Shown here piece after piece: positions 1-9,819 of a stretch of 64,000 bases of DNA (position 1 is its first letter; each line of letters starts with the position of its first letter). The notes beneath the pieces were generated by a model. The model searched no databases, had not been told where the DNA came from, and saw only the letters and a program-made list of their open reading frames with translations. The position numbers were made by a program, and so were the translations under genes. Location: contig METB01000001.1 of assembly GCA_001771185.1 (NCBI GenBank), positions 5,875 to 69,874 on the forward strand, given 5' to 3'. This DNA is from a candidate division Kazan bacterium RIFCSPHIGHO2_01_FULL_44_14. Its GTDB lineage: Bacteria; Patescibacteriota; Kazan-3B-28.

Positions 1-97
1 CTAAATAACAATTACCAAAACAAAAAATAAAGTTTAGAACATTGGGATTTGGGATTTGTTTGAGATTTGGAGCTTGTAATTTGGGATTTAATTATTT

Positions 98-703
98 ATG
101 CGAACATTACCTAAATCAATTGAGCGGTTAATCACCAGTTTGAGTCAGTTGCCTGGTATCGGACCCAAAACGGCCTCACGGCTGGTGTTCTATTTAATCC
201 GACATAATCAAATAGATTTGTCGGGATTGGGCGAAGCGTTCGCTCGATTAAAGGAGGATTTGGTTTACTGCGGAATATGTCACAACATTGCTGATGCTGA
301 TCCGTGCACAATTTGTACTGACAAAAATCGTCATAGCGAAATGGTGTGTGTGGTTGAGGAGCCATTGGATGTAGTAGCGCTGGAGCGAGCCGGGTTTACT
401 GGTCTGTATCATGTTTTGGGTGGTTCAATTTCACCCCTAGAGGGCGTGGGCCCAAACGATTTGCAGATTAATAGTTTGATTGAGCGGTTGGGAGAAAATC
501 CACAGATTAAAGAGGTGATTATTGCCACTAACCCTGATGTCGAAGGGGAGGCCACCGCAACTTATTTAATAAAACTATTGGACGGTTTGTCCGTGAATGT
601 TTCTCGAATCGCGCGCGGATTACCGATGGGAGGGGATTTGGAATATGCGGATGAGTTAACATTAAGTCGGGCACTTGAGGGTAGAAATAAAGTGGGAGTA
701 TGA
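98..703 (+). CDS. recR: Recombination protein RecR
   Basis: LPGIGPKTA HhH, C4 zinc finger (CxxC..CxxC), Toprim motifs EVIIATNPDVEGEAT and GGDLEYADELTL. Confidence 0.97.
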   Translation: MRTLPKSIERLITSLSQLPGIGPKTASRLVFYLIRHNQIDLSGLGEAFARLKEDLVYCGICHNIADADPCTICTDKNRHSEMVCVVEEPLDVVALERAGFTGLYHVLGGSISPLEGVGPNDLQINSLIERLGENPQIKEVIIATNPDVEGEATATYLIKLLDGLSVNVSRIARGLPMGGDLEYADELTLSRALEGRNKVGV

Positions 704-1614
704 CAAGGATTAACGGTAGAATCAGTTTTGTATTACAGGCACTATTCGTAGTGTTTTTGTGGTCAGCTGCCAAAATCATCATCAAGATGGGGGTGCAAGA
801 AATTCCACCGTTTATGTTTGCGGCTTTGGTTCAGACAATGGCAGTAGTGGGATTGTTAATTTATTACAAATTTCACAAACGGAAATATCGGCTAAAATTT
901 AATCGCCAAGATGTTCAGTTGATGATTTTGTTGGGATTGGTAACTTTTGGAGGATCAACTTTATTTTCAATTATTGGTTTGCAGTATGTGACAGGTGCAA
1001 CCGCTGGGATGATTGCTGCCCTAAACCCGCTGATGGCGGTCGGATTGTCGGTCGTAATTTTGCGGGAACGTCCAGGCGGTTGGCAATATTTGGGACTAAT
1101 CGGAATGCTAGTCGGAGCATATATTTTCCTGGCTCGGGGCGAAGTGACTGGGGCGCTGATTGGGATTGCATTATTGCTTTTAGCAGAAGCCGGGTTTGCT
1201 TTCAGCAATGTCGTGACTCGGTTAATTTCCCGTCAGCCCGGTGATGAATCACTAACGATTACTTTGGTGGGTAATTTGATCGGGGCGGTGACGCTGATTC
1301 CAATCGGTTTGACGGTAGACGGATTGTCATCAATCGCATTTACTCCGCATTTAGTGTCAATTATTGTGACAGTTGGATTAATTTTTGGATTTGGCGGACT
1401 GTTGTGGGCAGGAGTGCTGGATAAACTAAAAGTGGTGGAGGCCACGGTGTTGTCCAATACCATGATTGTCCAAATGGCTATTTTGTCAGTTCTATTCCTA
1501 GGGGAGGCATTAACTGCCAATAATATTACTGGAGGACTGCTGGTTTTGATTGGAGCGTTAGTAATTGATAAGGGTTTAATTTTGCCACCTCGGTTTACAA
1601 TGAAGATGGTATAG
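700..1614 (+). CDS. DMT/EamA-family transporter
   Basis: 304 aa, about 10 TM helices in two repeats; motifs VILRER and LFLGE. Confidence 0.85.
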   Translation: MTRINGRISFVLQALFVVFLWSAAKIIIKMGVQEIPPFMFAALVQTMAVVGLLIYYKFHKRKYRLKFNRQDVQLMILLGLVTFGGSTLFSIIGLQYVTGATAGMIAALNPLMAVGLSVVILRERPGGWQYLGLIGMLVGAYIFLARGEVTGALIGIALLLLAEAGFAFSNVVTRLISRQPGDESLTITLVGNLIGAVTLIPIGLTVDGLSSIAFTPHLVSIIVTVGLIFGFGGLLWAGVLDKLKVVEATVLSNTMIVQMAILSVLFLGEALTANNITGGLLVLIGALVIDKGLILPPRFTMKMV

Positions 1615-1689
1615 GGGACAGTGATAAGTGATAAGTGAGGATTGAGATAGAAGGTGAAGATATTTAATACATTAGGTCACTCCCTCCTT

Positions 1690-1783
1690 GTCGTCCTGAG
1701 TGAGGCGTGAGCCGAGTCGAAGGATCTAGTTCTGTTATATAGCAGAACGCTATCGCTAGATTCTTCGCTACGTTCAGAATGAC
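1690..1783. repeat. GTCRT...ATGAC palindromic element (CGTC-type REP/RPE-like)
   Basis: gtcgtcctgag...gaaggatctag / ctagattcttc...ttcagaatgac inverted arms around an internal hairpin. Confidence 0.75.
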
Positions 1784-1794
1784 AGTAAATCAAT

Positions 1795-3246
1795 ATGAGT
1801 TTAAAACTTTTCAACACACTCGGTCGGAAGAAGCAGGAATTCAAGCCAATCAAACGTGGTCAGGTTTCGATGTACACCTGTGGACCGACGGTCTATCGGT
1901 CTGCGCACATTGGAAATCTGCGGGCTTATCTATCGGCGGATATTTTGCGGCGGACTTTAGAATATAACGGTTACAAGGTGAAGCAGGTGATGAATGTCAC
2001 GGATGTAGGCCATTTAGTATCTGATGCTGATACTGGTGAAGATAAAGTAGAGCGAGAGTCGAGAAAAACCGGTAAAACTGCTAAAGAAATTACCAAGTTT
2101 TATGCGGAGCAATTCGTAAAAGATATTAAGGCGTTGAATATCGAAATGCCGGTGAAGTTTGCTTGGGCGAGCAAATATATTAAAGAACAGATTGATTTAA
2201 TTAAGCGGCTGGAGAAAAAAGGTTATACCTATAAAACAGCTGACGGGATTTATTTTGATACGGCGAAATTTAAGGGATATGGGAAGCTTGGAACAAGCGG
2301 ATTAGCAGGTAAGCAGGTAAGCAGGGTAGCGCATAGTAAAGAAAAGAAAAGAGAGGCCGATTTTGCGTTGTGGAAATTTTCTGGCAAGGAAAAACGGCAG
2401 CAGGAGTGGAAATCTCCGTGGGGGGTGGGATTCCCCGGCTGGCATATTGAGTGTTCGGCAATTTCCACCAAAGAATTGGGCCAGCCGTTCGATATTCATA
2501 CTGGCGGGATTGATCATGTCTTGATTCACCACAATGATGAAATTGCGCAGAGCGAAGCAGCTTATGGTAAGCCGCTGGCCAATTTCTGGGTGCATAATGA
2601 ATTTTTGCTGATGAATGACAAAAAGATAGCTAAGAGTGCCAAGAATTTTTATACCTTGTCGGATATTATAAAATTAGGATTTGAGCCGTTGGTATTGCGG
2701 TATTTTATGATTTCTGGCCAATACAGCAGTAAATTGAATTTTTCGAAAGCGGCGTTAGAGGGGGCGCAAAATTCTCTCAATAAATTACAAGCAGTATTTA
2801 GCATCTCTGCCTCGTCATCACCGACTCGATCGGGGATCCAGAAAGGAAAAACAAAAATGGATTCCCGCCTTCGTGGGAATGACAAAGGGGGAGTGGACGC
2901 AACATACAAAAAACGCTTTTTGTCTGCTTTAAACGACAACCTAAATCTGCCGAAGGCGTTGGCGGTAGTTTGGGAGTTATTGAAGTCGAAAAAGTCGTTG
3001 GCGGACAAACAAGTTACTTTATTGGATTTCGATAAGGTTTTGGGATTGGGATTGAAAGATTATAAACCAGAGGGGATCCCCGCCGAAGTTAAAAAATTGG
3101 CAGCAGAGCGAGAAATTGCCCGAAAGAAAAAAGATTGGAGCAAAGCTGATCAACTAAGGCGGGTAAGCAAAGGGTATTGGAATACCAGACCGATGAGATG
3201 CAAATTCCGCCTCAAGATCCGTGGGACGGACTATACCGTTTCGTAA
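1795..3246 (+). CDS. cysS: Cysteine--tRNA ligase with an in-frame repeat insertion and an aberrant C-terminus
   Basis: MYTCGPTVY..HIGN, DFALWK, PGWHIECSA, KIAKS (KMSKS variant). Confidence 0.96.
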   Translation: MSLKLFNTLGRKKQEFKPIKRGQVSMYTCGPTVYRSAHIGNLRAYLSADILRRTLEYNGYKVKQVMNVTDVGHLVSDADTGEDKVERESRKTGKTAKEITKFYAEQFVKDIKALNIEMPVKFAWASKYIKEQIDLIKRLEKKGYTYKTADGIYFDTAKFKGYGKLGTSGLAGKQVSRVAHSKEKKREADFALWKFSGKEKRQQEWKSPWGVGFPGWHIECSAISTKELGQPFDIHTGGIDHVLIHHNDEIAQSEAAYGKPLANFWVHNEFLLMNDKKIAKSAKNFYTLSDIIKLGFEPLVLRYFMISGQYSSKLNFSKAALEGAQNSLNKLQAVFSISASSSPTRSGIQKGKTKMDSRLRGNDKGGVDATYKKRFLSALNDNLNLPKALAVVWELLKSKKSLADKQVTLLDFDKVLGLGLKDYKPEGIPAEVKKLAAEREIARKKKDWSKADQLRRVSKGYWNTRPMRCKFRLKIRGTDYTVS

Positions 3247-3440
3247 TGTTTGATATCCCGGAACGGAAAAAGCTGGCGCGGGAGGTATTTCGCGGTAAGC
3301 TGGTCCAGCTGGGTTTTAAAAAGATTCAGTATAGCGTTTGGCGACATCAGTATCCCTGTCAGCGGGAAATTGAATTTCTGGTTCATCTTTATGGGATTGC
3401 TGGATATGTTGATGTCGTGGAGGGTAAAAAAATTTCGTAG
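3153..3440 (+). pseudogene. 5'-truncated PaaX-like/Cas2-fold gene overlapping the cysS 3' end
   Basis: Frame reads TKAGKQRVLEYQ..WDGLYRFVMFDIPE..R..L..LGF..IQYSVW; N-terminal wHTH part missing; in-frame stop at 3147-3149. Confidence 0.75.
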
Positions 3441-3488
3441 TTTATCCATCTTTTAATGATAATCAAGGGGAAGAGTGGGAGTCAGAAT

Positions 3489-3522
3489 ACGCCGAGTTGA
3501 AGCGGCCGCTTCAACTCGGCGT
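3489..3522. repeat. Perfect 34-bp palindrome with a CGGCCG core
   Basis: acgccgagttgaagcggccgcttcaactcggcgt. Confidence 0.9.
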
Positions 3523-3599
3523 GAAGGGTAGGTAGGATAGGGCAGACAGGTAGGATAGGACAGATGCGGAAGTGAGCCATAGATAAATAGTGGAAAAAG

Positions 3600-3925
3600 T
3601 AAAAGGCCACCCGGGGTAAACCCAAGTGGCCTGTTTTGTGCGCGACAGTCCCAGAACCGTAAACGAAATGAAGGAAGAAAAAGTTTACGGCCTCCGCCTG
3701 GACTCACTCCGTTTCCCATACCACCTTGTATGGTTTGGATTTTCGTCGCGCTTCCGCCCCCTGGCAGCGTTTGGGAGGTGAGTTTTGAAAACAAATCTCA
3801 CGCCTGATTAGGAGCGGAAAGTTAGGAGGGAGATGCAATGGCGGGTGACTTATAAAAAGATGATTGCCAGCGAACGCCGAGTCACCCTAAGGAACATGAT
3901 AGATGATGACAAATAACCCTCCGAC
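3600..3925 (-). ncRNA. Candidate structured ncRNA (~320 nt)
   Basis: TTGACT-17-TAGCGT promoter (3960-3932, minus strand), terminator hairpin 3603-3632, several helices, no convincing ORF. Confidence 0.45.
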
Positions 3926-4008
3926 TATAAGACGCTATCATATGGCTGATTTTAAGTCAAGCACAAAAACTTGGCTCTAGACCAATAAAAAGTGGTAGGG
4001 GATAGGTG

Positions 4009-4671
4009 TTATTTCTGGTCCTGCTTGAACCAGATAAAGGACATTAGAATTGGTAAACATCCGGCAATCGCAACTCCAACCATGGGAACATAGAAATTGT
4101 AAGGGGTGGGCATAAACGGCGAGAGCAGAAATAGGACGCCGCCGATGGCGAAGGTATAGGCGCCCAGGCGATGAGTTTTTTGCCAGTTGGCTTCGCTGTC
4201 TAATGTCCATGGGGTTCGAATCCCCATAAAAAAATTGGATTTAACTTGAGTCAAATAATTGCCAATAAAGATAAACAAGATTCCAACTGAAACCGGAACG
4301 ATTTTGCCAACAGCGATCGCATTTCCAGTAATCGCAGCGTAGGTGGTTAGTCCGTACATAAAAGCGAAAAATACCATCATAAAATTACGAATCATTTGGT
4401 AGAAACCCCATGATTCAAGGAAGTGCTGACGGCGTGGCTCGATGTGAGGTAGGAGCAAAAAAAGTAGATACAGAGCCAACATCATGCCGGGGAACATCAA
4501 CACATGTCCTAGGGGCGTGGTCCAATCATCAACTTGTCCACTAATTCCCCAATGGGATGGGACTTCACTAGGAAGTAGGGGATAGGCCCAGATGGCGGTG
4601 GCAATCACGGCCACAATTAACAGAATTGATAGCCATTCCGACTTAAAAGTGAATTGGATTTTTTGCATCAT
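4009..4671 (-). CDS. sdpI: SdpI-family immunity membrane protein (DUF1648 + SdpI)
   Basis: LPSEVPSHWGISGQVD, NFFMGIRTPWTL, NWQKTHRLG motifs; lies next to an ArsR regulator. Confidence 0.88.
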   Translation of the reverse strand: MMQKIQFTFKSEWLSILLIVAVIATAIWAYPLLPSEVPSHWGISGQVDDWTTPLGHVLMFPGMMLALYLLFLLLPHIEPRRQHFLESWGFYQMIRNFMMVFFAFMYGLTTYAAITGNAIAVGKIVPVSVGILFIFIGNYLTQVKSNFFMGIRTPWTLDSEANWQKTHRLGAYTFAIGGVLFLLSPFMPTPYNFYVPMVGVAIAGCLPILMSFIWFKQDQK

Positions 4672-4937
4672 TTGAATCCCTCCAAAAAATTATTTAATAT
4701 TTCATAGAACACAGTAGCGTTGAGTGAGTAATAGATTTTCTGACCCTCCTTGTCGGCGGTGATGAGGTTGGCGGATTTGAGCAGGGCCAAGTGGTGGGAC
4801 AGGGACGGCTTAGAAATCGGGAAGAAGGTGGTCATCTCCCCTGGGGTCATCGAACGGTTGCGGAGTTTTTTTAGAATATCTCGACGAGTTGGATCGGATA
4901 ATGCTTTGAAAGCCAAAGATACGTCGCGGATAGCCAT
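4668..4937 (-). CDS. sdpR: ArsR/SdpR-family repressor
   Basis: FKALSDPTRRDIL..SKPSLSHHL..GQKIYYSLN. Confidence 0.88.
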   Translation of the reverse strand: MAIRDVSLAFKALSDPTRRDILKKLRNRSMTPGEMTTFFPISKPSLSHHLALLKSANLITADKEGQKIYYSLNATVFYEILNNFLEGFK

Positions 4938-4942
4938 AGGTG

Positions 4943-4999
4943 TATATTTAGATATTTGTCTAACTATCTAAATATAGTTGAGGTTTCAAAGAGTGTCAA
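4943..4999 (-). promoter_or_regulatory. sdpRI promoter with an operator palindrome
   Basis: TTGACA(4999-4994)-17-TATATT(4976-4971); inverted repeat TATATTTAGATA-N10-TATCTAAATATA (4943-4976) overlaps the -10. Confidence 0.75.
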
Positions 5000-5578
5000 G
5001 AGGGGAGATAATTTCCAGAAGGGTGGTTTTTGAGGTTTTTGGGATTTTCAAATTTCTTTTGTTTATTTTTGTTATTTTTTTTGCAACGCCTGTGTCGCGT
5101 TGCATCGATGGTTTTTGCCACCCCATTTGCTTGTCCAAATGGGGTGGCGCCCCAAAAGACACCCCACTCACCAATTGCTAGCCAAAATAGAAAATCACCC
5201 TTTCTGGTCTCCTCGCCCGCATTGCTACGCAAAGCGTTGCGGGCGGGTAACGCAAACTCGTCGCTACGCTCCTCAAACATGCTGGACCAAGCAGGTGATT
5301 TTCTAATTGGCGAACCCGCCTACCGGCAGGCAGGCGCAATTGGTTCGATGGGTCCTGGTAAGATTAACACCCAGGAGAATTGAGAGGATACCATAACTTT
5401 TAACTATCTCCATCTCTCCCCTGCCTGCCTGCCCGCCTGCCGGAGGACAGGTAGGCCTGCTGGTTTACAAAAAATTGGCCCTGGGCTAGGGCGGCGCCCC
5501 GTAGTGAAAAATTGGCACTGCTTGGCTTTTGGGCGAAGCCCTGACAATTTCTACTACCGGGGTATAATCAGGTTGTAT

Positions 5579-5652
5579 TCCCGGATCGTCTAGCGGCAGG
5601 ACACTTGGTTTTGGTCCAAGGAACCGGGGTTCGAATCCCTGTCCGGGAGCCA
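5579..5652 (+). tRNA. tRNA-Gln(UUG)
   Basis: Acceptor TCCCGGA/TCCGGGA, anticodon arm CTTGG-TTTTGGT-CCAAG, GGTTCGAATCC, encoded CCA; U1-A72 pair fits the GatCAB route; upstream CTGACA-16-TATAAT. Confidence 0.96.
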
Positions 5653-5725
5653 GAGGTTTCAGTGTGGAATTCTCATCCCATTTGGCGTGAAAATTTATAA
5701 GGAATAAAAAGTTTTCTGGATATAA

Positions 5726-5750
5726 AAAAGACGAGCGATGCTCGTCTTTT
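5726..5750. terminator. Bidirectional intrinsic terminator
   Basis: aaaagacgagc-gat-gctcgtctttt between the convergent tRNA and ORF. Confidence 0.8.
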
Positions 5751-5775
5751 AGTTTTTAAGAACAAGAACAAGAAG

Positions 5776-6129
5776 TCAGGTCACTGCCGGGAAATGGAAA
5801 TCTGGTGGGAGTTTGGCAAGGAGGCGATACGCTTCTTGGTCCATCTGCTTACCCAGACGGCGCTGCTGTTGCTGTTTTGCTCGGATTTCTTCATTAATCT
5901 GCCAGATCGGCATTGGCTCGGGGCCTTCTGCCAGAATCGTCTCAAGTGAGGATGGCATAACCCACGAATAGTCAATCGGAGCGGTTCTCCGCATCTCGAT
6001 GAGCCCTCCTATTTCTCTCTCGACTTCCATGTACTGGTCATCGAGTTTCTTAAAGGATGGTTGGCTCATCAACCAGTCCCACAAGTTATCTCGGCGCTTG
6101 AACTCCCGAACCTTGCGCCGGATTGACAT
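5776..6129 (-). CDS. Hypothetical protein (ORFan cassette)
   Basis: Start reassigned to the ATG at 6129, downstream of TTGACT-17-TATACT (6231-6203); ends at a terminator. Confidence 0.65.
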   Translation of the reverse strand: MSIRRKVREFKRRDNLWDWLMSQPSFKKLDDQYMEVEREIGGLIEMRRTAPIDYSWVMPSSLETILAEGPEPMPIWQINEEIRAKQQQQRRLGKQMDQEAYRLLAKLPPDFHFPAVT

Positions 6130-6306
6130 CGATCCAAATATAGCACTAATCCGCTTGGCTAAGAAGATAAACAAGGTGCACCTCCAACACAAAGATAGTT
6201 GCAGTATAAATGATTTAGGACTTTTAGTCAATAGAAAATCTTGTCTGGGAGCGACTTTTAGCATAAGATAAAAGGGCTATAATTTAAGATAAAGGGGAGC
6301 CAAATC

Positions 6307-6726
6307 ATGAAATATGTTTATTGGATTCTCGGTCTAGTGGTGTTGGCGGGAATTGGTTGGTTAGCATCTCAAAGTCAGCCGGTGATAAATAATTCAGCAG
6401 TCGAAACTGCCGAGGTTATCGTAAACAGTCCGACAGCGAATTCTACCATCACCAGTCCGCTGACGGTGAGCGGAACGGCAGTTGGAAATTGGTATTTTGA
6501 GGCGTCATTTCCAATCGAACTGTTAAATACTAGCAATCAAGTAGTTGGTACTGGTCTGGCTGAAGCGCAGAGTGATTGGATGACATCTAGTCCAGTCCCC
6601 TTTAATGCAAATATTATTTTTCCGACTCAAACCCCAGGCAGTAGTGGAAGTTTGGTACTGCACAAAGATAATCCGTCAGGCGATTCGCAGAATGACGATT
6701 CGTTTACTGTCCCGGTAATGTTCTAG
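6307..6726 (+). CDS. Membrane-anchored Gmad2 Ig-like domain protein
   Basis: N-terminal TM; SPLTVSGTA.GNWYFEASFPI..WMT..VPF..LVLHKDNPSG; terminator at 6748-6776. Confidence 0.8.
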   Translation: MKYVYWILGLVVLAGIGWLASQSQPVINNSAVETAEVIVNSPTANSTITSPLTVSGTAVGNWYFEASFPIELLNTSNQVVGTGLAEAQSDWMTSSPVPFNANIIFPTQTPGSSGSLVLHKDNPSGDSQNDDSFTVPVMF

Positions 6727-6801
6727 AAAATTTAAGTAGTTTAAACAAATCCCCCAGTTTCGGATGGGGGATTTTTGCAAACAAAATTAACGACGAAGCA
6801 A

Positions 6802-7755
6802 TTAAGTTGTAATGGTCGATAAATTATGAATGGCGTAGACGGCATAGACAATAAACAGCAATATTCCTTCCCGGCGAGTTAGCATATTTTTTGACCACAT
6901 CAAGATGCCGAATAGCGCGACCGAAACCAGCAAAAAGATGGCCGAGATGTTGGTACTAACTGGAGCCGCGATAGCAAATGGTGAGATTAAAGCCAATAAT
7001 CCAAGGGTGGGTACATTCAACAAAACATTGCCAAGCAAATCTCCGAGGATAAGGTTGTGAGATTGTTTGCGCGATTGAGTTAAGACCAAGGTTACTTCTG
7101 GCAGATTGGTGCCAATGGACAAAATTAATAGACCGATTAGTAGCGGTGAAACCGATAGGGTGGAGGCAACCACTAGGGATGAATTGACCAGATAATGAGC
7201 CAAAACCAAGATGGCAACTAGGGATAACAAAAGTTTAAGGATTTCGATGACCAAATGAGAATTGCGGTGATTCGGAGAGGGAAGAGCGAGATGTTTTTCA
7301 TAGATATTGCGGCGCTGGTACATTCGGCCGATGAATAATAAGTAGGCGCCGATTAGCCAGAGTCCATCAAGTCGAGTCAACTGGCCGTCAAAAATGGCGA
7401 CTACCGGTAGGGCACTAATAATTAGATACATCAGAAAGTCGTCATTTCTCAAAAATCGGTTAATTGATAATTTGCCGGATAAAATCGCTGCCAGGCCGGC
7501 CAAAAGCGATAAAATTACAATACTGGCTCCGAGCAAATTACCCAAAGACAACCCTGGAGCATGCTGAAGAGCGGAATCAATCGCCACCGTGATTTCCGGC
7601 GTAGAAGTAGCCACACCGACTACAAAGAAACCAATCACAAAATCATTGGTATGAAAATATTTGGCGATCCGATGGGCACTCTTGGTGGCGAATTTGGCTG
7701 CCAATCCAAGCGCACAGGATAAACCGAGCAAAAGTAAAATATGAGTAATCAGCAT
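6802..7755 (-). CDS. Na+/Ca2+ (CaCA, YrbG-like) antiporter
   Basis: Two alpha repeats ATSTPE/GNLLGAS and GTNLPE/GDLLGN. Confidence 0.88.
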   Translation of the reverse strand: MLITHILLLLGLSCALGLAAKFATKSAHRIAKYFHTNDFVIGFFVVGVATSTPEITVAIDSALQHAPGLSLGNLLGASIVILSLLAGLAAILSGKLSINRFLRNDDFLMYLIISALPVVAIFDGQLTRLDGLWLIGAYLLFIGRMYQRRNIYEKHLALPSPNHRNSHLVIEILKLLLSLVAILVLAHYLVNSSLVVASTLSVSPLLIGLLILSIGTNLPEVTLVLTQSRKQSHNLILGDLLGNVLLNVPTLGLLALISPFAIAAPVSTNISAIFLLVSVALFGILMWSKNMLTRREGILLFIVYAVYAIHNLSTITT

Positions 7756-7987
7756 GAGTGAGTGATAATCTGAATTATATTATATCAATCTAATTCAATA
7801 AATCAGAGCGGGTTGGGGGCGGATAATGCTTACGCAGTTAATTGGTTAGCGAGATTCCTGCAATTAGATGAACGGCCGTTCAGTATATTGCAAAATATGA
7901 CATAGGGATGACAAAGGACTGACAGAGAATTGACAGAGGGCTGACAAAAAACTTAAGTATTCGGAGATTGGTTGATGGGATGGTAAA

Positions 7988-8938
7988 ATGAAACCAATGG
8001 AACAGACAGTCAGATACAACTTTGCCCGAGACGGATTTATCTATCTGTTGAGTTACGCCACCTTGGTGATTACTAGTGTGAGCGTAAACTTTTTGGCTAA
8101 GGCACTGGTGAATCGGTGGATACCGGATGCAGTTAGCAATGAATTCTTGGCGATGGATAGCGCGATTATCGGATTTCTAGCGGCAGCAGTAATCGCTCTG
8201 CCGGTGTTTGTCTATTTGAGTTATTTGGCCAATAAGATGCTGGGGAATAAGACCATGCGGGCGGATAGCGGAGTCCGCCATTGGTTGATTTACATCACGC
8301 TGGTGATAGTGATTTTGATTATTATTTGGCAGTTGGCGGTGTTGTTTTTCTCGTTTCTGAACGGGACATTAATACTCCAGTTTGGCGTCCACACGCTGAT
8401 TACCCTAATTATTTCTGGGTTGATTTTGTGGTATCAATGGTGGCATTTGAAGTTTTTTGCTGGCGAACCAAAAAAACTGGGGATTGGGTTCAAAGTGTTT
8501 GAATGGACAGTTTTATTGGTGGTGGTGGCAATCATTGGCTGGACATTTGCGACCATTGCCAGTCCAGCAGAACAGCGCGCCAAAAATTTGGATAGAATGC
8601 GAGTGGAACGGTTAACTAGTATTCGTGACGCAGTTCAGTCGTTTTACGGTTGGGAGAAGACCAGCGGTCATGCGCGGTTGCCAAAAACTTTGCAAGAACT
8701 GGAAAGTGATGCCAATGTCTACCTGATGGGGGATGCCCTGAAAGATCCAGCGACAAAAGCACAGTTTGATTATCGGATTATTACGGCTACCCAGTATGAG
8801 TTGTGTGCTACGTTTGATACCGAATTTAAAGAAGCCAATACAGCCACTAGACCGATAGCCGAGTCGGTGCCGGATAATCGAACCAAGCAGTTCTATCACG
8901 GCATTGGTCGGAGCTGTTTTGCGCTCTCAACGCAGTAA
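7988..8938 (+). CDS. DUF5671-like membrane protein with a C-terminal soluble domain
   Basis: About 5 TM helices, VRHWLIYITL, C-terminal DPAT..YELCATF. Confidence 0.65.
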   Translation: MKPMEQTVRYNFARDGFIYLLSYATLVITSVSVNFLAKALVNRWIPDAVSNEFLAMDSAIIGFLAAAVIALPVFVYLSYLANKMLGNKTMRADSGVRHWLIYITLVIVILIIIWQLAVLFFSFLNGTLILQFGVHTLITLIISGLILWYQWWHLKFFAGEPKKLGIGFKVFEWTVLLVVVAIIGWTFATIASPAEQRAKNLDRMRVERLTSIRDAVQSFYGWEKTSGHARLPKTLQELESDANVYLMGDALKDPATKAQFDYRIITATQYELCATFDTEFKEANTATRPIAESVPDNRTKQFYHGIGRSCFALSTQ

Positions 8939-8978
8939 ACTGACGCGGGAGTGAAATTTGGAAGGGAAGAGTAACGGA

Positions 8979-9007
8979 TTGACAAATCTGATTTTTTCTG
9001 GTATAAT
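8979..9007 (+). promoter_or_regulatory. Consensus sigma70 promoter, probably leaderless
   Basis: TTGACA-17-TATAAT, with ATG 6 nt after the -10. Confidence 0.75.
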
Positions 9008-9013
9008 GGAAAG

Positions 9014-9799
9014 ATGGGTAAATTGACATGGTTAAAACCGTTGAAGATTAAAGGCCAGCGTCGAGGGAAAACGATGGTGCTGTTGTTGTCGGGCCTGATT
9101 CCGTATTCTAAGTCCTTTGGTCGAGCAGTTAACCAACTCACCAAGTTCGGAGATGTTTGGGAGATGAGTTATCCTGACTGCTATGCCAACGGCCAAGATT
9201 TACTGGTGGAAGTGACTCGTGAACTTCGCCAATTAAAGTACTCAAAACTAGTTTTGGTTGGATTATCGTTTGGCGGTACTCTAAGTTATTTATTGCTTAG
9301 ATATTGGCGCCGTCATCGAGTTCCATTTGAAACATTGGGAGTGGTAGCGGTCTCGACTCCATTTGGACCCGAAGATATTACTTGGCGGTCAAAAATTGAA
9401 TTGAATTTTGGGTACGAGATGGATCGACATGCTGATAAATTGTGGCGAACAGTGCTTCAGGTACTATATTGGCTGTGGGAAAACAATCATTGGTCAGATG
9501 GTCACCCTTATACAATCAAAAATTCACTCCAGAGAGTTTATAATGCGGTACGAGTGGGTTATCTATTGCGTCAAACTAGGTTAATCCGCAAAACTTTTCG
9601 GGCGATGCCAGCTTTGCTATTAAACACCGCTCGGGGGATAAAAGATCCGTTCGTGTTACGGACTAACGAAAATCATTTTAAGGAAATTTTCCCGCAGGGA
9701 CAAGTGGTCTATGGATTAACCAAGCATGCTTCCCTTAATAGTCAGCCGACTAGAGTTTATCGTCAACTAAATCGGTTTCTATCGACGGTTACCAGGTAA
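9014..9799 (+). CDS. Alpha/beta-hydrolase fold protein
   Basis: LVGLSFGG nucleophile elbow; candidate Asp (DPFV) and His (KHAS). Confidence 0.7.
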   Translation: MGKLTWLKPLKIKGQRRGKTMVLLLSGLIPYSKSFGRAVNQLTKFGDVWEMSYPDCYANGQDLLVEVTRELRQLKYSKLVLVGLSFGGTLSYLLLRYWRRHRVPFETLGVVAVSTPFGPEDITWRSKIELNFGYEMDRHADKLWRTVLQVLYWLWENNHWSDGHPYTIKNSLQRVYNAVRVGYLLRQTRLIRKTFRAMPALLLNTARGIKDPFVLRTNENHFKEIFPQGQVVYGLTKHASLNSQPTRVYRQLNRFLSTVTR

Positions 9800-9819
9800 G
9801 GTATAATTAGGGTGAGGGG

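Noticed and set aside
4978-5383. Several overlapping short ORFs
   Set aside because: The region is made of palindromic repeats and the translations (PAYRQAG, LLRKALRAG) are repeat-derived
5579-6264. tRNA-anchored integrated element
   Set aside because: No integrase and no duplicated tRNA 3' end seen in the window
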